64,000 bases of DNA from an uncultured Gemmatimonadaceae bacterium (GTDB lineage: Bacteria; Gemmatimonadota; Gemmatimonadetes; Gemmatimonadales; Gemmatimonadaceae). The stretch spans positions 3,392,001 through 3,456,000 of the forward strand of contig CAWJMB010000002.1 in NCBI GenBank assembly GCA_963843845.1, in the 5' to 3' direction. Shown in pieces: positions 31,493 through 42,169 of the stretch (within the stretch, counting starts at the first letter, position 1; every line of letters begins with the position of its first letter). The position numbers and the translations under genes were made by a program. The notes beneath the pieces are model-generated. The model was not told where the DNA came from. It was given only the letters and a program-made list of their open reading frames with translations, and ran no database searches.

Positions 31493-34400
31493 CGGGCCCG
31501 TCTGCACGGAGCACCTCCCCAGCCGAAGTCGTCTCGCAGCGCCGGCGCGACCGCGTCGGCGAACAGGGTGGCGGCGCGCAGCCGCTCCGCCGCGCCGGGC
31601 TCGAGCTCGACGACGAGCACCCCCGCGGCGGGGCAGAGCGCCGCGCCGCGCACGGTCGACTGCCCGGCCCACATGAACGCGGACAGCGGCTCGAGCGCGT
31701 CGCTGTCGAGCGTGCCGGTCTTGCCGATCAGGTCGAGCGCGGGCGAGGCGAACAGCGCGGCGACTTCACGCGCCGTGCCTGTCCCTCTCACCACACCCCG
31801 CATGCCATCGAGCACGGCGTCGCGCCCCACGCCGAACGGCAGTGCCGCGAACTCGGGCGCCGCGAGTCGCGTCTCGCCGACGCGGCGCAGCAACCGCAGC
31901 TCCACCGCGCGCCCGGTGGCGATGCGGCTCACCGCCTTCGCGAGCGCCGCGTTGCTCCACTGGTTGTCGGTCTCGCCGATGAGGAATCCGGCGACGTGGC
32001 GCAGATCGCGGAAGGCCCGATCGTCGAGCGGAAGATCCGGCAGCGTCGGCGACACGCGCTGCCACGACGCCCCGCCGCGCACGAGCCCCGAGTCGCGCGC
32101 CGCGGCCCACAGCGACTCGTCGTACGCACCGACCGGCCGACGCCCGACGCGCGCGCCGAACAGCGCGTCGAGATTGCGCGCGAGCGGCGACGTCGCGTAG
32201 GCGGCCGGCCGCCGGGCCGGCAGTGCGACACGGCGCGCCAGCCGCACGCCGCCGACGAACGTCGCCGCGCCCTCCGCCGCCGCCGTGCCGAACGTCGGCG
32301 CGTCCCCGCCCGTCGGCTCGGTCGCCATGCCGAGCATGCCTAACGTGACCGCATAGCGGTTGTTCGAGTTCGGGAGGAAGCACGCCCACGTGATGACCGC
32401 CTCGGCGCACCCGTTGCGGGCCGTCTTGAGCGGTCGCCCGCCGAACGTCCACCCCGCCGCGGCGGAGAACGTGTCCGCCGGCTGCGCGACGCCGAGTCGC
32501 ACGAGGCCCGGGTAGCGCGCGAGCACCGCGCTCGCGAAGATCGGCTTCACGACCGAGCCGGGGCGGTGCGCGCGGAAGTTCGCGTCGACCGGCTCGTAGT
32601 CGGCGCGCCGCAGACCGGGGCGCTGCCACGACGCGACCGCGAGCACGTCGCCGCGCTCCGGGTCGACGACGATGGCAGCGCACCGCCGCACGACGCCGGC
32701 CAGCGCGCCGCCGCAGCGCGCCGCGAGTCCGTCGCCGATCGCGCGCGACAGCGCGACGTCGAGCGTGAGCGCGACCTCCGCCCGCTCGCCCGCCCGCGCC
32801 GTGACGATCGTGCGCGCGAGCGTCGAGTCGAGCGCCGCGACGAGCGGCGGTGTGCCGGCCACCGTCACCCGCTCGACGACGCCGTTGCGCAGCCGCGCGA
32901 AGCCGAGCGCGCGGGCGGGGAGCGAGTCGATGACGAGCGTCGCCCCGCCGCCCAACGTGAGCACACTCCCCGCACCGACCGGCGTCGCGGCCGCGCCCAA
33001 CGGTTCGCCGTCGAGCGACGCAGCCTCGCCGGTGACGCGCCGCGCCGTGGGACGCGCGCCGCGCGCCGTGCCCGCGCGCACCGCGACGACCGCGTCGCCG
33101 CACGAGATGTCGACCGCCGCGGCACGCACCGTGTCGCCGCCCGCGTCGTCGCACGGCACGGTCGCCCGCGGCGTCCCGCGCTCGTCGAGCACCACCGTCG
33201 TCGAGAGTCCGGCGACGACGAACCGCCCGGCCGCGCCCACCTCGGCTGCCGTGAGCACGCCACGCCACCGCGCGCCGCTCGTCACGCCGGTCACGCGGCA
33301 GCCGGTGTCGCGCACGCGCACGTCGTCGCCGTCGCGCGCGAACCACGGCGACCGGTCGAGACACTGCGAGCGCGTCGGCGACGCGCCGCGCGCGAACGCG
33401 TTGCTCCGCGCGACGAGCCCCCGCACGAGGTCCCCGTCGCGCAGCCCCGTCTTGCCCGACGACGCCGCGGCGACGGCGAGCGTGTCGCCCCGCACGACGA
33501 CGTCGCCGCGCCGCACCAGCTCGCGCAGATCACCGGCGAACGCGTCGAGCGTGAACGGCGCGATCTCCGCGTGCGTCGCGCGCCACGTCGCGACGCCGAC
33601 GCCCGCGGCCGCCGTCGCGATCAGTCCTCCGACGGCCAGGATCGTTCGGCGCAGCCGGCCGAGGTCGACGCGGCGCACGTAGCCCTTCTCCGTGTCGTCG
33701 TCGCGCCCGCCCGGCGCCGGCAGCGCGATGACGGCGAGCGCGGCGAGCCACGCGACGAACGCGACGTCCGCGCCCGAGCGCAGCCCGAGGAGCGGGAAGT
33801 TCTGCCCGGTGAGCGGCACGAGGCTGACGTTCGCCGCGGCCATGTAGAGCGCGGGGAGCGTCACGTACGCGGCGAGCCCGGCGAGCAGCAGCGCGAGGTG
33901 CGCCGTCCCCACGCGCCGCGCCGCCTCGTGCGCCGCGCCGAACAGCACGAGCCCGAAGGCGACGAACGCGCCGAGCACCGCGACCCCGCCCGCGAAGCCG
34001 TGCTCGGCCAGCACCCAGACGCTGAACGCGTTGTCGGTGAGCGAGACCTCCTCGGTGATCGCGGCCCCACTGAACGGCAGCGAGAAGAGCCCGCCGCCGA
34101 ACGTCCCTCCGGTCGCCGCGTGCATCCGCATCCCCCAATCCTGCTGCAGCGTCGCGACGATCTCGCGCCCCGTCTCCTCGCGGGCGAGCGTGAGCTGCCG
34201 CGCGAGCGCCGCCGGCTCGCGCATCGCCGCCCACCGGACCTGCGGCGTCGCCATCGCGACCCGGCGCGACGTGAGCGCCGCAGGGTCGACGCTGATCGCC
34301 TGCGGCACGACCACGCCGAGGACGAGCACGGCCGTGGCGGCGGCGGCGCCCAGCGCGAAGCGCCCGACGGTGGCAGCGGCCACGGTCGCCGCGACCAGCG

Positions 34401-36826
34401 CGGCGGCGACGAGCAGCAGGAGCAGCCCCCGGTCGACGACGCCGTAGGTGAGGTAGACGACGAGCGGCACGAGCAGCGGCGCCACGAGCAGGCGCCCGCG
34501 GTGCGAGCGCGCCGGCGCCGGACCCAGCTCGGCGCGCACGCGGCGGCTCGTCTCGCGGTGCCACCACGCGGCGAACACGCGCATCGTGACGAGGAGCGCG
34601 GCGACGGCGAGCGCGTAACCGATCGTGATCGCCGCGCGCGCGAGCGACGTCATCCCGGCGACGAGGATGAGCACCGCCGGCAGCGCGGCGAACAGCGGAT
34701 GCGGCAGCACGTCCGCCGCGCGGTACGGCCACCCCCGCACCGGCCGCACGAGAGGCAGCAGCGCGACCCAGGTGCCGACCGCGATCGCGGCCGCGGCGAC
34801 GACGGCGAGCGCCACGGCCGTCGTGGCGCCCAGCTCGGGGCGCACGAGGTTCACGAGCACGAACGTCGCGAGCGCGACGGCGACCGCGCCGAGCGCGATC
34901 GTGCGCGCGAGCTGCGCGGTCGGCAGGCGCGGCCGCACGCGCTCGCGCACGCGCACGAACGTGTACGCGAGCGCGACCCCGATCGCGTACGCGACCGCCG
35001 GCACCGGCGACGGCACCGCGCGCACCGACCACGCGAGTCCGACGTAGAGGCCGAGGACGACGAGCAGCGTGACGAACGCGCGCCACATCTGTTCCGCGCC
35101 GAATCCGCGCTCCGACTGCGGCATCAGCATGCCGAGCGGCGAGCGGTCGGCGAACGCCGAGGCCCCGTCGGCGACGAGCACGCGCTGCAACCCGTACCAC
35201 GCGGTGACCCCCCCGCCGACGATGCAGAGCCCGAGTCCGAGGTTGTTCGCGCTCAGCTCGAGCGGCGTCGCCGCGAACGCCACCGCGCCGGCGACGACGA
35301 CGAGCGCGACGACGTCGAGCAGCGCGAACGCGCGGCGCGCGGCGGGCGCACGCGCGGCCAGTCCGCGCGCGGGCGTGAGCGAGCGCACCGGCGTGAGCGA
35401 CGCGCCGACGCGGCTCGCCCCGTCGCGCACGAGGGCCGCGGCGTCGCGCGCCCGGGGCCAGCGGTCGAACAGGAAGACGAGCAGCGGGAACGCCGCGAGG
35501 AACACCGCCGCCCACGGCAGCGCCTCGGCGTTGTAGGGAGCCGCCGCGCCGACGCGCCAGGCGAGCGTCGCACGCACGAGCGCGAGCGAGTACACGACGC
35601 CGACGACGAGGACGCGCAGCGCGCCGGCCGGAGCGACGACCGGCGGCGCGCCGCCACGCCCGTTCCCCGTCGCGACGGCCAGCAGCAGCGCGCCCGCGAC
35701 CCAGACGGTGCCGAACGCGAGCAGCGCTCCGCGCTCGACGCCCGGCGCCGCGATCTCGACGAGGTGGCCGCGCTCGCGCGTCGCCGCCTCGGTGCCGGGG
35801 AAGCGCTCGACCGTGTTCGGCCGCAGCACGCGCGTCTGCCCGTTCGCCGACCACTCGAACGCGCTCCCCGTCCACGCGAGCGCGCCGCTGTACGGTGTCG
35901 CGCGCGGCGCCCAACGGGGCCGCCGCGTTCATGTCGACGAGGCGCAGCGTCCCGGCGCCCGCGTCGGTCGACGCGACGACCCGGTGCACGATGCGCGCGC
36001 GCCCCGTCGCGAGCGGCCACCGCTCGCCGAGCGTGCGGCCGAGAAAGCGGACGGCGAGCCGGTTGCCGACCGTGTCCGCCGTGATCCGCACGACCGTCGC
36101 CGCGCCGGCGCCGATGCGCAGCGAGTCGCCCCCGGCGCGCGCCGGCGTGCGCCGCGTCGACGGGAGCCGCTCGCCGTTCACGCGGACCGGACCGCGCGGG
36201 CTCGCCGCCACGTACGCCTGGCCGCCGACCGCGACGAGCTGCACGGGCGCACGCCGCAACCGCGCGTCGGGCGGCGTGACGCCGCTCGCCGTGACGCGCG
36301 TGCGGACCGTGCGAGTCCCACCGGCGTCGTCGATCGTCGAGCACGCGATCGGTGCACAGCCGCGCCACTCGCGCCAGGCACCCGAGCGGCCAGCGCGGGT
36401 ACGCGGCGCGGAGCGTGAGCCCGGGCGTCTGGTGAGCGTGATCGTGGTGCCGTGGTCGAGCGCGCGCGGCGTTCACCGGACGCCCCGCGAGCACGACCGG
36501 CGCGCTCCCCGAGTCGACGGCGACGGCGAGCTCGCGCGTCGCGCGGTCGAACCAGAGTCGCGCGCCGCCCACGGCGACGCGCACGTCCGACCCACGCCGC
36601 CGAACGCCACCGTGTCGGCGAGCGGCGCGTACTCGCCGACGACGCGGAGCGCGTAGGCGGCACCGCGCGTGGGCGCGCTGCGCACCAGCGACGCGAACGC
36701 GGCGAGCGGGACGAGCGCGGCGACGAATACCTGCGCCGGCCGCCAGCGCGCGCCGCTCCGCGCCGCCCAGAGCGCGAGCAGTGCCGCGGCGCCGAGGCAC
36801 GCGACGAGCGCGGCGGCGAGCGTCAC
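31489..36826 (-). CDS. Giant membrane protein: FHA-like repeats + SEDS (FtsW/RodA-like) glycosyltransferase + penicillin-binding transpeptidase; 5' part frameshifted
   Basis: Single ORF 31489..35829 holds many TM helices, SEDS motifs GGTFGGG, LTDNAFSVWVLAEHG and VPLTGQNFPLL, then LTLD, VVDPERGDVLAVAS, PGSVVKP, SNN and GKTGT. Upstream frames give a TM start and VRVNGERL...GDSLRIG. Confidence 0.8.
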
Positions 36827-38451
36827 GACCCTGCCTTCACCGAGAGGAGCGGCGTGCGCGGTCCGTTCGGCACCCTCTCCGGCGCTCCCGTCCCGGCGTC
36901 GCCAGCGGGCGCGTTCGCGAGGGCGTCGAGCCGGCGCTGCGCGCCGCGCCGCATCGACGGCGGGCCCAAGAGCGCCCACGTGAGGTCGGCGACGATGTCG
37001 GCGCGCGGGCAGGCGAGCCCGCCGTCGACACACGCGACGCCGCGCGCGTAGCGCACCGCGACGAGCCGCCGGCTCCCGGCCGGCCCGCGACGCACGAGCG
37101 CGGTCGCGCGCGTCCGCGCTCCCTCGCGCAGCCGCTGCGCCGTACCGCCGTTCGGCGTCGCCGACGCCGCCGCGACGGCCGCGGTGACGTAGAGCGAGTC
37201 CCACGCGAACCGCATCGCGTCGGGCGGCACCTCGTCGCCCAGCGCGCTCACCGCCTCGTCCCACGCGCCGCGCCCCGCCTCCCGCCGCGCCCGCGCGAGC
37301 CGCTCCGCCGCCTGCGCGGTGCCTAACGGAGAACGCGCGGGCGACGTTGTACTCGCCGCGTCGCCCGCCGCGTCGCCCGCGCCGTCGCCCGCCGCGCCGC
37401 CGCGACCGAGGCGCATCGCGACGAACGCCGACACGGCCTGCGCCAGCCCCGGCGCCCGCCGCGCCGCGATCGTTCCCGACACGCCGAGCGCGATCGCGGC
37501 GAGCGCCACGACCGCCGTTCGGCCCCGCAGCAGCGATCGGAGGCGCGCCGCCGACGCCTGCACCGCCGTCGCGCGCGGCGACCTGATCACGTCGCGCACC
37601 GACTCGCCGATCGACGGCTTCGGCTGCGCCACGCTCGCGAGCCAGTCGAACAGCGCGTCGAGCCCCTCGGGCTGCACGCGTCCGACGACCGAGCCCGTCG
37701 AGCTGAGCGCGAAGCACCGCAGCGTCGGACAGGCCGCCTCGAACCAGGTGAACGCCGTCTCCCCCATCCGCTCGCGCAGCGCCGTCGCGGGGTCGAGCCG
37801 CGCCGCGGCCCGCGCCTCGTCGTCGAGCGCGTCGATCTTGCTGAGGCAGAGCGCGACGGGGATCGCGAGCTGCTCGCCGCCGCCGTGCTCGATGAGCGCG
37901 ACGAGGTGCTGCAGGGTGAGCAGCCGCTCCTCGACCGCCTGCCCCGAGCCCGGCGCGCGAGTCCGGCCGGCGCCGGTCGCCGCCGCGTCGGCGTGCGGCG
38001 TGGCATCGACGAGCCAGACGACGCCGGCGCCGGTCGCGACGCGGCGGAAGAGCGCGCGCCCCTCGGGCGTCGCTCCCAGCTCGAGACGCGTCGAGAACTC
38101 GCCGGCCGGGTCGACGAGCGCGACGCGCAGCGCGCTGTCGGCACGCCCGCCGCGCTGGCGGCGAAGCATGACGCGCAGCGGCGGATACTCGCTCCCCGCC
38201 GCGGGCAGTCCGGTCTTCGTATTCGTGCGGCCGCGCAGTCCGAGGTACGCCTCGTGCAGCCGCTCCTGCGTCACCACGTCCTCGCAGTCCTTCGGGTGCG
38301 CCGTCCAGGCGTCGAGCTCCGGGTGCAGCGACGCCGCGTAGAGCGCGCCGAGCACGCCGCTCTTGCCGGCGCCGGGCGCGCCCCAGAGCGTGACGCCGTG
38401 CTCGCGGGAGGCGCCGCGTGACGCGGTCGGCACGGCGGCCGCGGCGGTCAT
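36823..38451 (-). CDS. P-loop GTPase (double-GTPase type) with a TM helix and a helical/TPR-like C-terminal domain
   Basis: G1 LWGAPGAGKS, G3 DPAGE, G4 LSKID, then TM AVVALAAIALGVSGTIAA; ATGA/GTGA overlaps on both sides. Confidence 0.8.
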   Translation of the reverse strand: MTAAAAVPTASRGASREHGVTLWGAPGAGKSGVLGALYAASLHPELDAWTAHPKDCEDVVTQERLHEAYLGLRGRTNTKTGLPAAGSEYPPLRVMLRRQRGGRADSALRVALVDPAGEFSTRLELGATPEGRALFRRVATGAGVVWLVDATPHADAAATGAGRTRAPGSGQAVEERLLTLQHLVALIEHGGGEQLAIPVALCLSKIDALDDEARAAARLDPATALRERMGETAFTWFEAACPTLRCFALSSTGSVVGRVQPEGLDALFDWLASVAQPKPSIGESVRDVIRSPRATAVQASAARLRSLLRGRTAVVALAAIALGVSGTIAARRAPGLAQAVSAFVAMRLGRGGAAGDGAGDAAGDAASTTSPARSPLGTAQAAERLARARREAGRGAWDEAVSALGDEVPPDAMRFAWDSLYVTAAVAAASATPNGGTAQRLREGARTRATALVRRGPAGSRRLVAVRYARGVACVDGGLACPRADIVADLTWALLGPPSMRRGAQRRLDALANAPAGDAGTGAPERVPNGPRTPLLSVKAGS

Positions 38452-41206
38452 GGGCGGCTCCTCGCGCCGTTCGGGCGCGCACCGCCGAACAGCCGGCTGG
38501 CGAGCCCGTCGCCGATGCCGAAGAAGGTGCGCAGCGTCGCCCGCTGCTCGGGGAGGAGCTCGCGCACGCCGCTCTGCGTCGTGTCGCGCATGCGATCGCG
38601 CAGCGCGCTCCACGCCACCGGGTCGCGCGTCGCTTCGACCGCGTCGACCGCGGCCGCGAGGCGGCGCAGCCGCACGAGCGTCGCCAGGTCGTGCGGCGCC
38701 TGGGCGAGCACGGCGTCGGCGAGCGCCGCCACCTCGCGCGCGTCGGCCAGCTCGCCGAGCAGCGCGAGCGCGGCGCCGAGGTGCGCGGCGGCGGCGCGCG
38801 TCGCCGGCCGCGTTCGCGCCCACGCGCCTAACGGCTCGGCGAGCGCGCGGGCGCCGTCGCGGTCGAGCCGGAAGTCGAGCGCGACGAGCGCGGCGCACGT
38901 CGCGGCGAGCGCGTCGAGCGGCACGGGGTCGCGCGTCGACCGCCCGAGCGACCGAACGAGCAGCGCGCGCCGCGCCGGCTCCTCGACGTGCGCGAGGAGC
39001 GCGGGCCACGCGCCGCCCAACGGCGGACCGTCCGGCGCGGCGGCGTGCAGCAGTGTGCCTAACGCGCGGGCGACGTGACGCGCGTCGTCCGACGGCACCG
39101 CGTCGGACGGCGAACCGTCGGGCGTCGGGCGACCGTCGGGCGTGCGGCCGCCGCCGCCGGCGAGCCGATCGAGCGCGGCGACGAGCGTCGCCGGATCGCC
39201 CCGCTCGTCGAGCGCGCGCAACGCCGCGACGGCGACCCACGCCGCGCGCTCGGCCGCGGGCAGCTCGGCGAGCGTGCGCGCGACGTCGCTCGCGTCGGCG
39301 TGTGCGCCGGGGGCGAGGAGCGCGCGCACCGCGTCGCCCGCGCCGTCGGGCGCCGCGACCGCGTCGGTGAAGCGCAGGACCCCGTCGCCGAACCGCCGCA
39401 TCGGCTCGAGCGCGCCGACGTCGAGCGTCGCCGCGCCGCGCGCCGCGACCGCCGCGCCGAGCCGGGCGGCGTCGCGACGCACGTGCGCCGTCGCCGCCGG
39501 CGTCGCGGCGCCGGACCCGCGCTGAGCGAACGTCGCGGCGAGCGCCCCGATCGCATCGAGCGCCGCGACGGTGGCATCGACGTCGGCGCGGCGCTCCGCG
39601 GCGCGCGCGAGCGCGGCGATCGCCGCGCTCGCGCCGCGCGTCGCCGCCGACGGCGGGACGGTCGGGCGCACCGGCTCCGCCGCGACGTCGCTCCACGGTC
39701 CGTCGGCGTCCGCGAGCTGGACCAGGCGCGCCGCGTCGCCGCGGCGTGCCGCGGCGACGGCGAGCGCGGTGCGCGCGAGTCGCGCCGCGTCGTCGTCGCC
39801 CCAGCGCAGCGACGGCACGGCGTCGAGCACCACGTCGAGCGTCTGCGTCGCCCGCAGCGCGCGCGTCGGCCGCGGCCCGTGCGACGCCGCGCCGGTCGGC
39901 GGAGGCGCGCCCGAGCTCTCGATCGTGCCCGACCCGTCCGCGAGGCCCGGTGTCCGCTCCGCCGATTCACGGCGCGTCGCCCCGTTCGGCTGCTCCTGCC
40001 GCAACAGCTCGCGCGTCAGTCGCGCCGCCGACCACGTCCCCGCGCCGTCGCGACCGGCGAACAGCGCGACGATCGCGGCGCCGAGGGCGGCGGGCGCGAA
40101 CGTCGTCAGGAGGCGCCCGGCGAGCGAGTCGCGCTCGGTCGCGTCGCGCTCGTCGCTGCCGTCCCGCGCGTCGCCCGCCTCCCGCGCCGCCGCTCCGACC
40201 GCCCCCACCGCCGCTCCCCCTGCTCCCCCTGCTCCCCCTGCTCCCCCTGCCGAGTACGTCGCGTCGGCGACCGCGTCGCGCCACACGGCGTCGAGGAACG
40301 TTCCGTATCGCGCCACGCGCTCGACCTCGTGCAGCAGCGTCGCCGGCGTGGCGGCGACGGTCGACGACAGCTCCTCGTAGAGCGCGTGCGCCGCCGTCAG
40401 CACGTCGCCGTCGAGCGCGAGCAGCGCGTCGGCGGCCGCGTCGGCGCGCCGGTCGATGACGTCGCGCTCGCGCGGCAGCTCGCGCGTCCACGCGACCGTG
40501 CCGAGCTCCGCGTACCGACGGTCGGCGCAGGTGAGCCGCGGCGCGTGCGTCGGCGCGCGCGTCGCCGCCGTCTGGAAGGTGACGAGATGACGCAGCGCCG
40601 GCGGGAGCAGCAGCACGAGGCACTGCAGCAGGGCCAGCGACGGCGGCGTCCCGACCCACAGCACCCGCTCGCCGGCGAGCAGCGCCGAGAGCAGCGGGCG
40701 CAGCTCGCGCGACTCGTCGACCGTGCGGCGCGACTCCGCGAGCCGCGTCTGCTCGGCGGCCGGGGTCGAGGCCTTCAGCGGCGGCACCTCGACGGTGCGG
40801 TCGGGCGCGCCCCGTCGGCGCTCATCGCCTGACGTCGCGGCGGCATGCAGCGGAGCGGGTCGTTGCGCACCGCCCAGAACGACGCGACGTCGACCGCGAC
40901 GCTGTCGGAGCCGAGCGCGAGTCGGCCGCGCGCGTCGAGCCGCGTCGCGTAGCGCGTGCAGACGAGTCCCCAGCCGGGCACGGCGAGGAACGACAGCGCG
41001 TCGTCGATCGGCGCCGCCGGGTCGCCGATGCCGACCGCATGGCAGAGCACCTGCGCCTCGTCGCGCGACAGGGTCGGCGTGTGCGCGACGACGCCGTACT
41101 GATCGTCGACGAGGCCGTACACGGCGCGCACGACACGCGGCGTCACGGCCGGCATCGTGCGCTCGCGCACCACGCGGTCGGGCGAGGTCGGCGTCATGCG
41201 GCTCAT
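38448..41206 (-). CDS. GAP1-like GTPase-associated protein with a long Ala-rich helical C-terminus, frameshift near 40820
   Basis: N-terminal AVYGLVDDQYGVVAHT...DARGR...DPL (ORF 40775..42100) and LLLPPALRHLVTFQT (ORF 38448..40787); sandwiched between two GTPases. Confidence 0.6.
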
Positions 41207-42138
41207 CGCGCGGGCTCGCTCGCCGGACGCCGCACGGCGGCGAGCTCGATCGTCGTCGCGTCGTGCACGCTCGGCCGGGGATCGTTCGGCATGGCGCGCG
41301 GCGCCGCGCGCCGCGTCGGCGCCGGCTGGTCCAGGATCCACCGCAGCGGCCGCAGCACGTTGCGCGGCCGCGGCTCGTCGGCGAGCACCGCCTGCCCGTC
41401 CCGCGTCTCGAGGGCGTCGCCCAGCGCCGACAGCGCGATCACCGTGTGCGTGGTGAGCGACGTCTCGAGCAGGCCGGCCCCACTCCCGACCACCTGCCGC
41501 AGCAGCTCGCGCCGGTCGTCGTTGTCGAACAGCGCCGCGTGCTCGTCGGCCTTCGTGAGACACACCGCGACCGGAATCCGCAGCCGGTTGTCCGGACCGA
41601 GTCGCGGATCGGACGTGCCGGCCGTCTGCGCGCGGAGCCGGAGCACGAGCGCGCCCAGCGTCGCCTGGAAGAACCTGGTGTAGTAGGCCTCCGCCCCCTC
41701 CGCCGGGCGATGCCCCGGGTCGACGAGCAGCACGATCCCCGACGCATCGAGCATCGCGTCGAGCAGCTCGGTCGGCGGCGTCGCGTCGTAGGTCGCGCCC
41801 GGCACGTCCCACACGCGGAGCTCGCCGAGGCACCGCGCCGGGCGGCGCTGCGCGAACGCGGCCGGGGTGCGCGCCGGCAACTCGTGCAGACGGAAGCGCA
41901 GCTCGCGCGTCTCGCGCGTCTGGACGCGCGCGGCCGGCGTTCCCGCTCCGCCGCACAGCGCCTGGACCTGGCGCGCGACCCACGCCGCCGTGACGGCGTC
42001 GCCGGGGAGCACGCACAGCCGCCGCTCGTCGACCGCCTGCTGATGAAAGAAGACGAGCGTCGACAGATACGTCGACTTCCCGGCTCCCGTCGCGCCCCAC
42101 AGCACGATGCGGCGCGGCGCATCGGTCCCGTCCGTCAT
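41203..42138 (-). CDS. P-loop GTPase (double-GTPase type), soluble
   Basis: G1 LWGATGAGKSTY, G3 WDVPG, IVLLVDP, G4 LTKAD, SALG and PRNVLRPLRWI. Confidence 0.82.
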   Translation of the reverse strand: MTDGTDAPRRIVLWGATGAGKSTYLSTLVFFHQQAVDERRLCVLPGDAVTAAWVARQVQALCGGAGTPAARVQTRETRELRFRLHELPARTPAAFAQRRPARCLGELRVWDVPGATYDATPPTELLDAMLDASGIVLLVDPGHRPAEGAEAYYTRFFQATLGALVLRLRAQTAGTSDPRLGPDNRLRIPVAVCLTKADEHAALFDNDDRRELLRQVVGSGAGLLETSLTTHTVIALSALGDALETRDGQAVLADEPRPRNVLRPLRWILDQPAPTRRAAPRAMPNDPRPSVHDATTIELAAVRRPASEPAR

Positions 42139-42169
42139 GTCAGCGGCTCCCGTCCATGCGATAGGCGCC

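Noticed and set aside
32566..36084. Very long Arg/Ala/Gly-rich ORFs antisense to real genes (for example 32566..36084 +, 15062..18019 +, 49136..52462 +)
   Set aside because: Shadow ORFs caused by the scarcity of stop codons at high GC; they have no motifs, and the opposite strand carries recognisable proteins.
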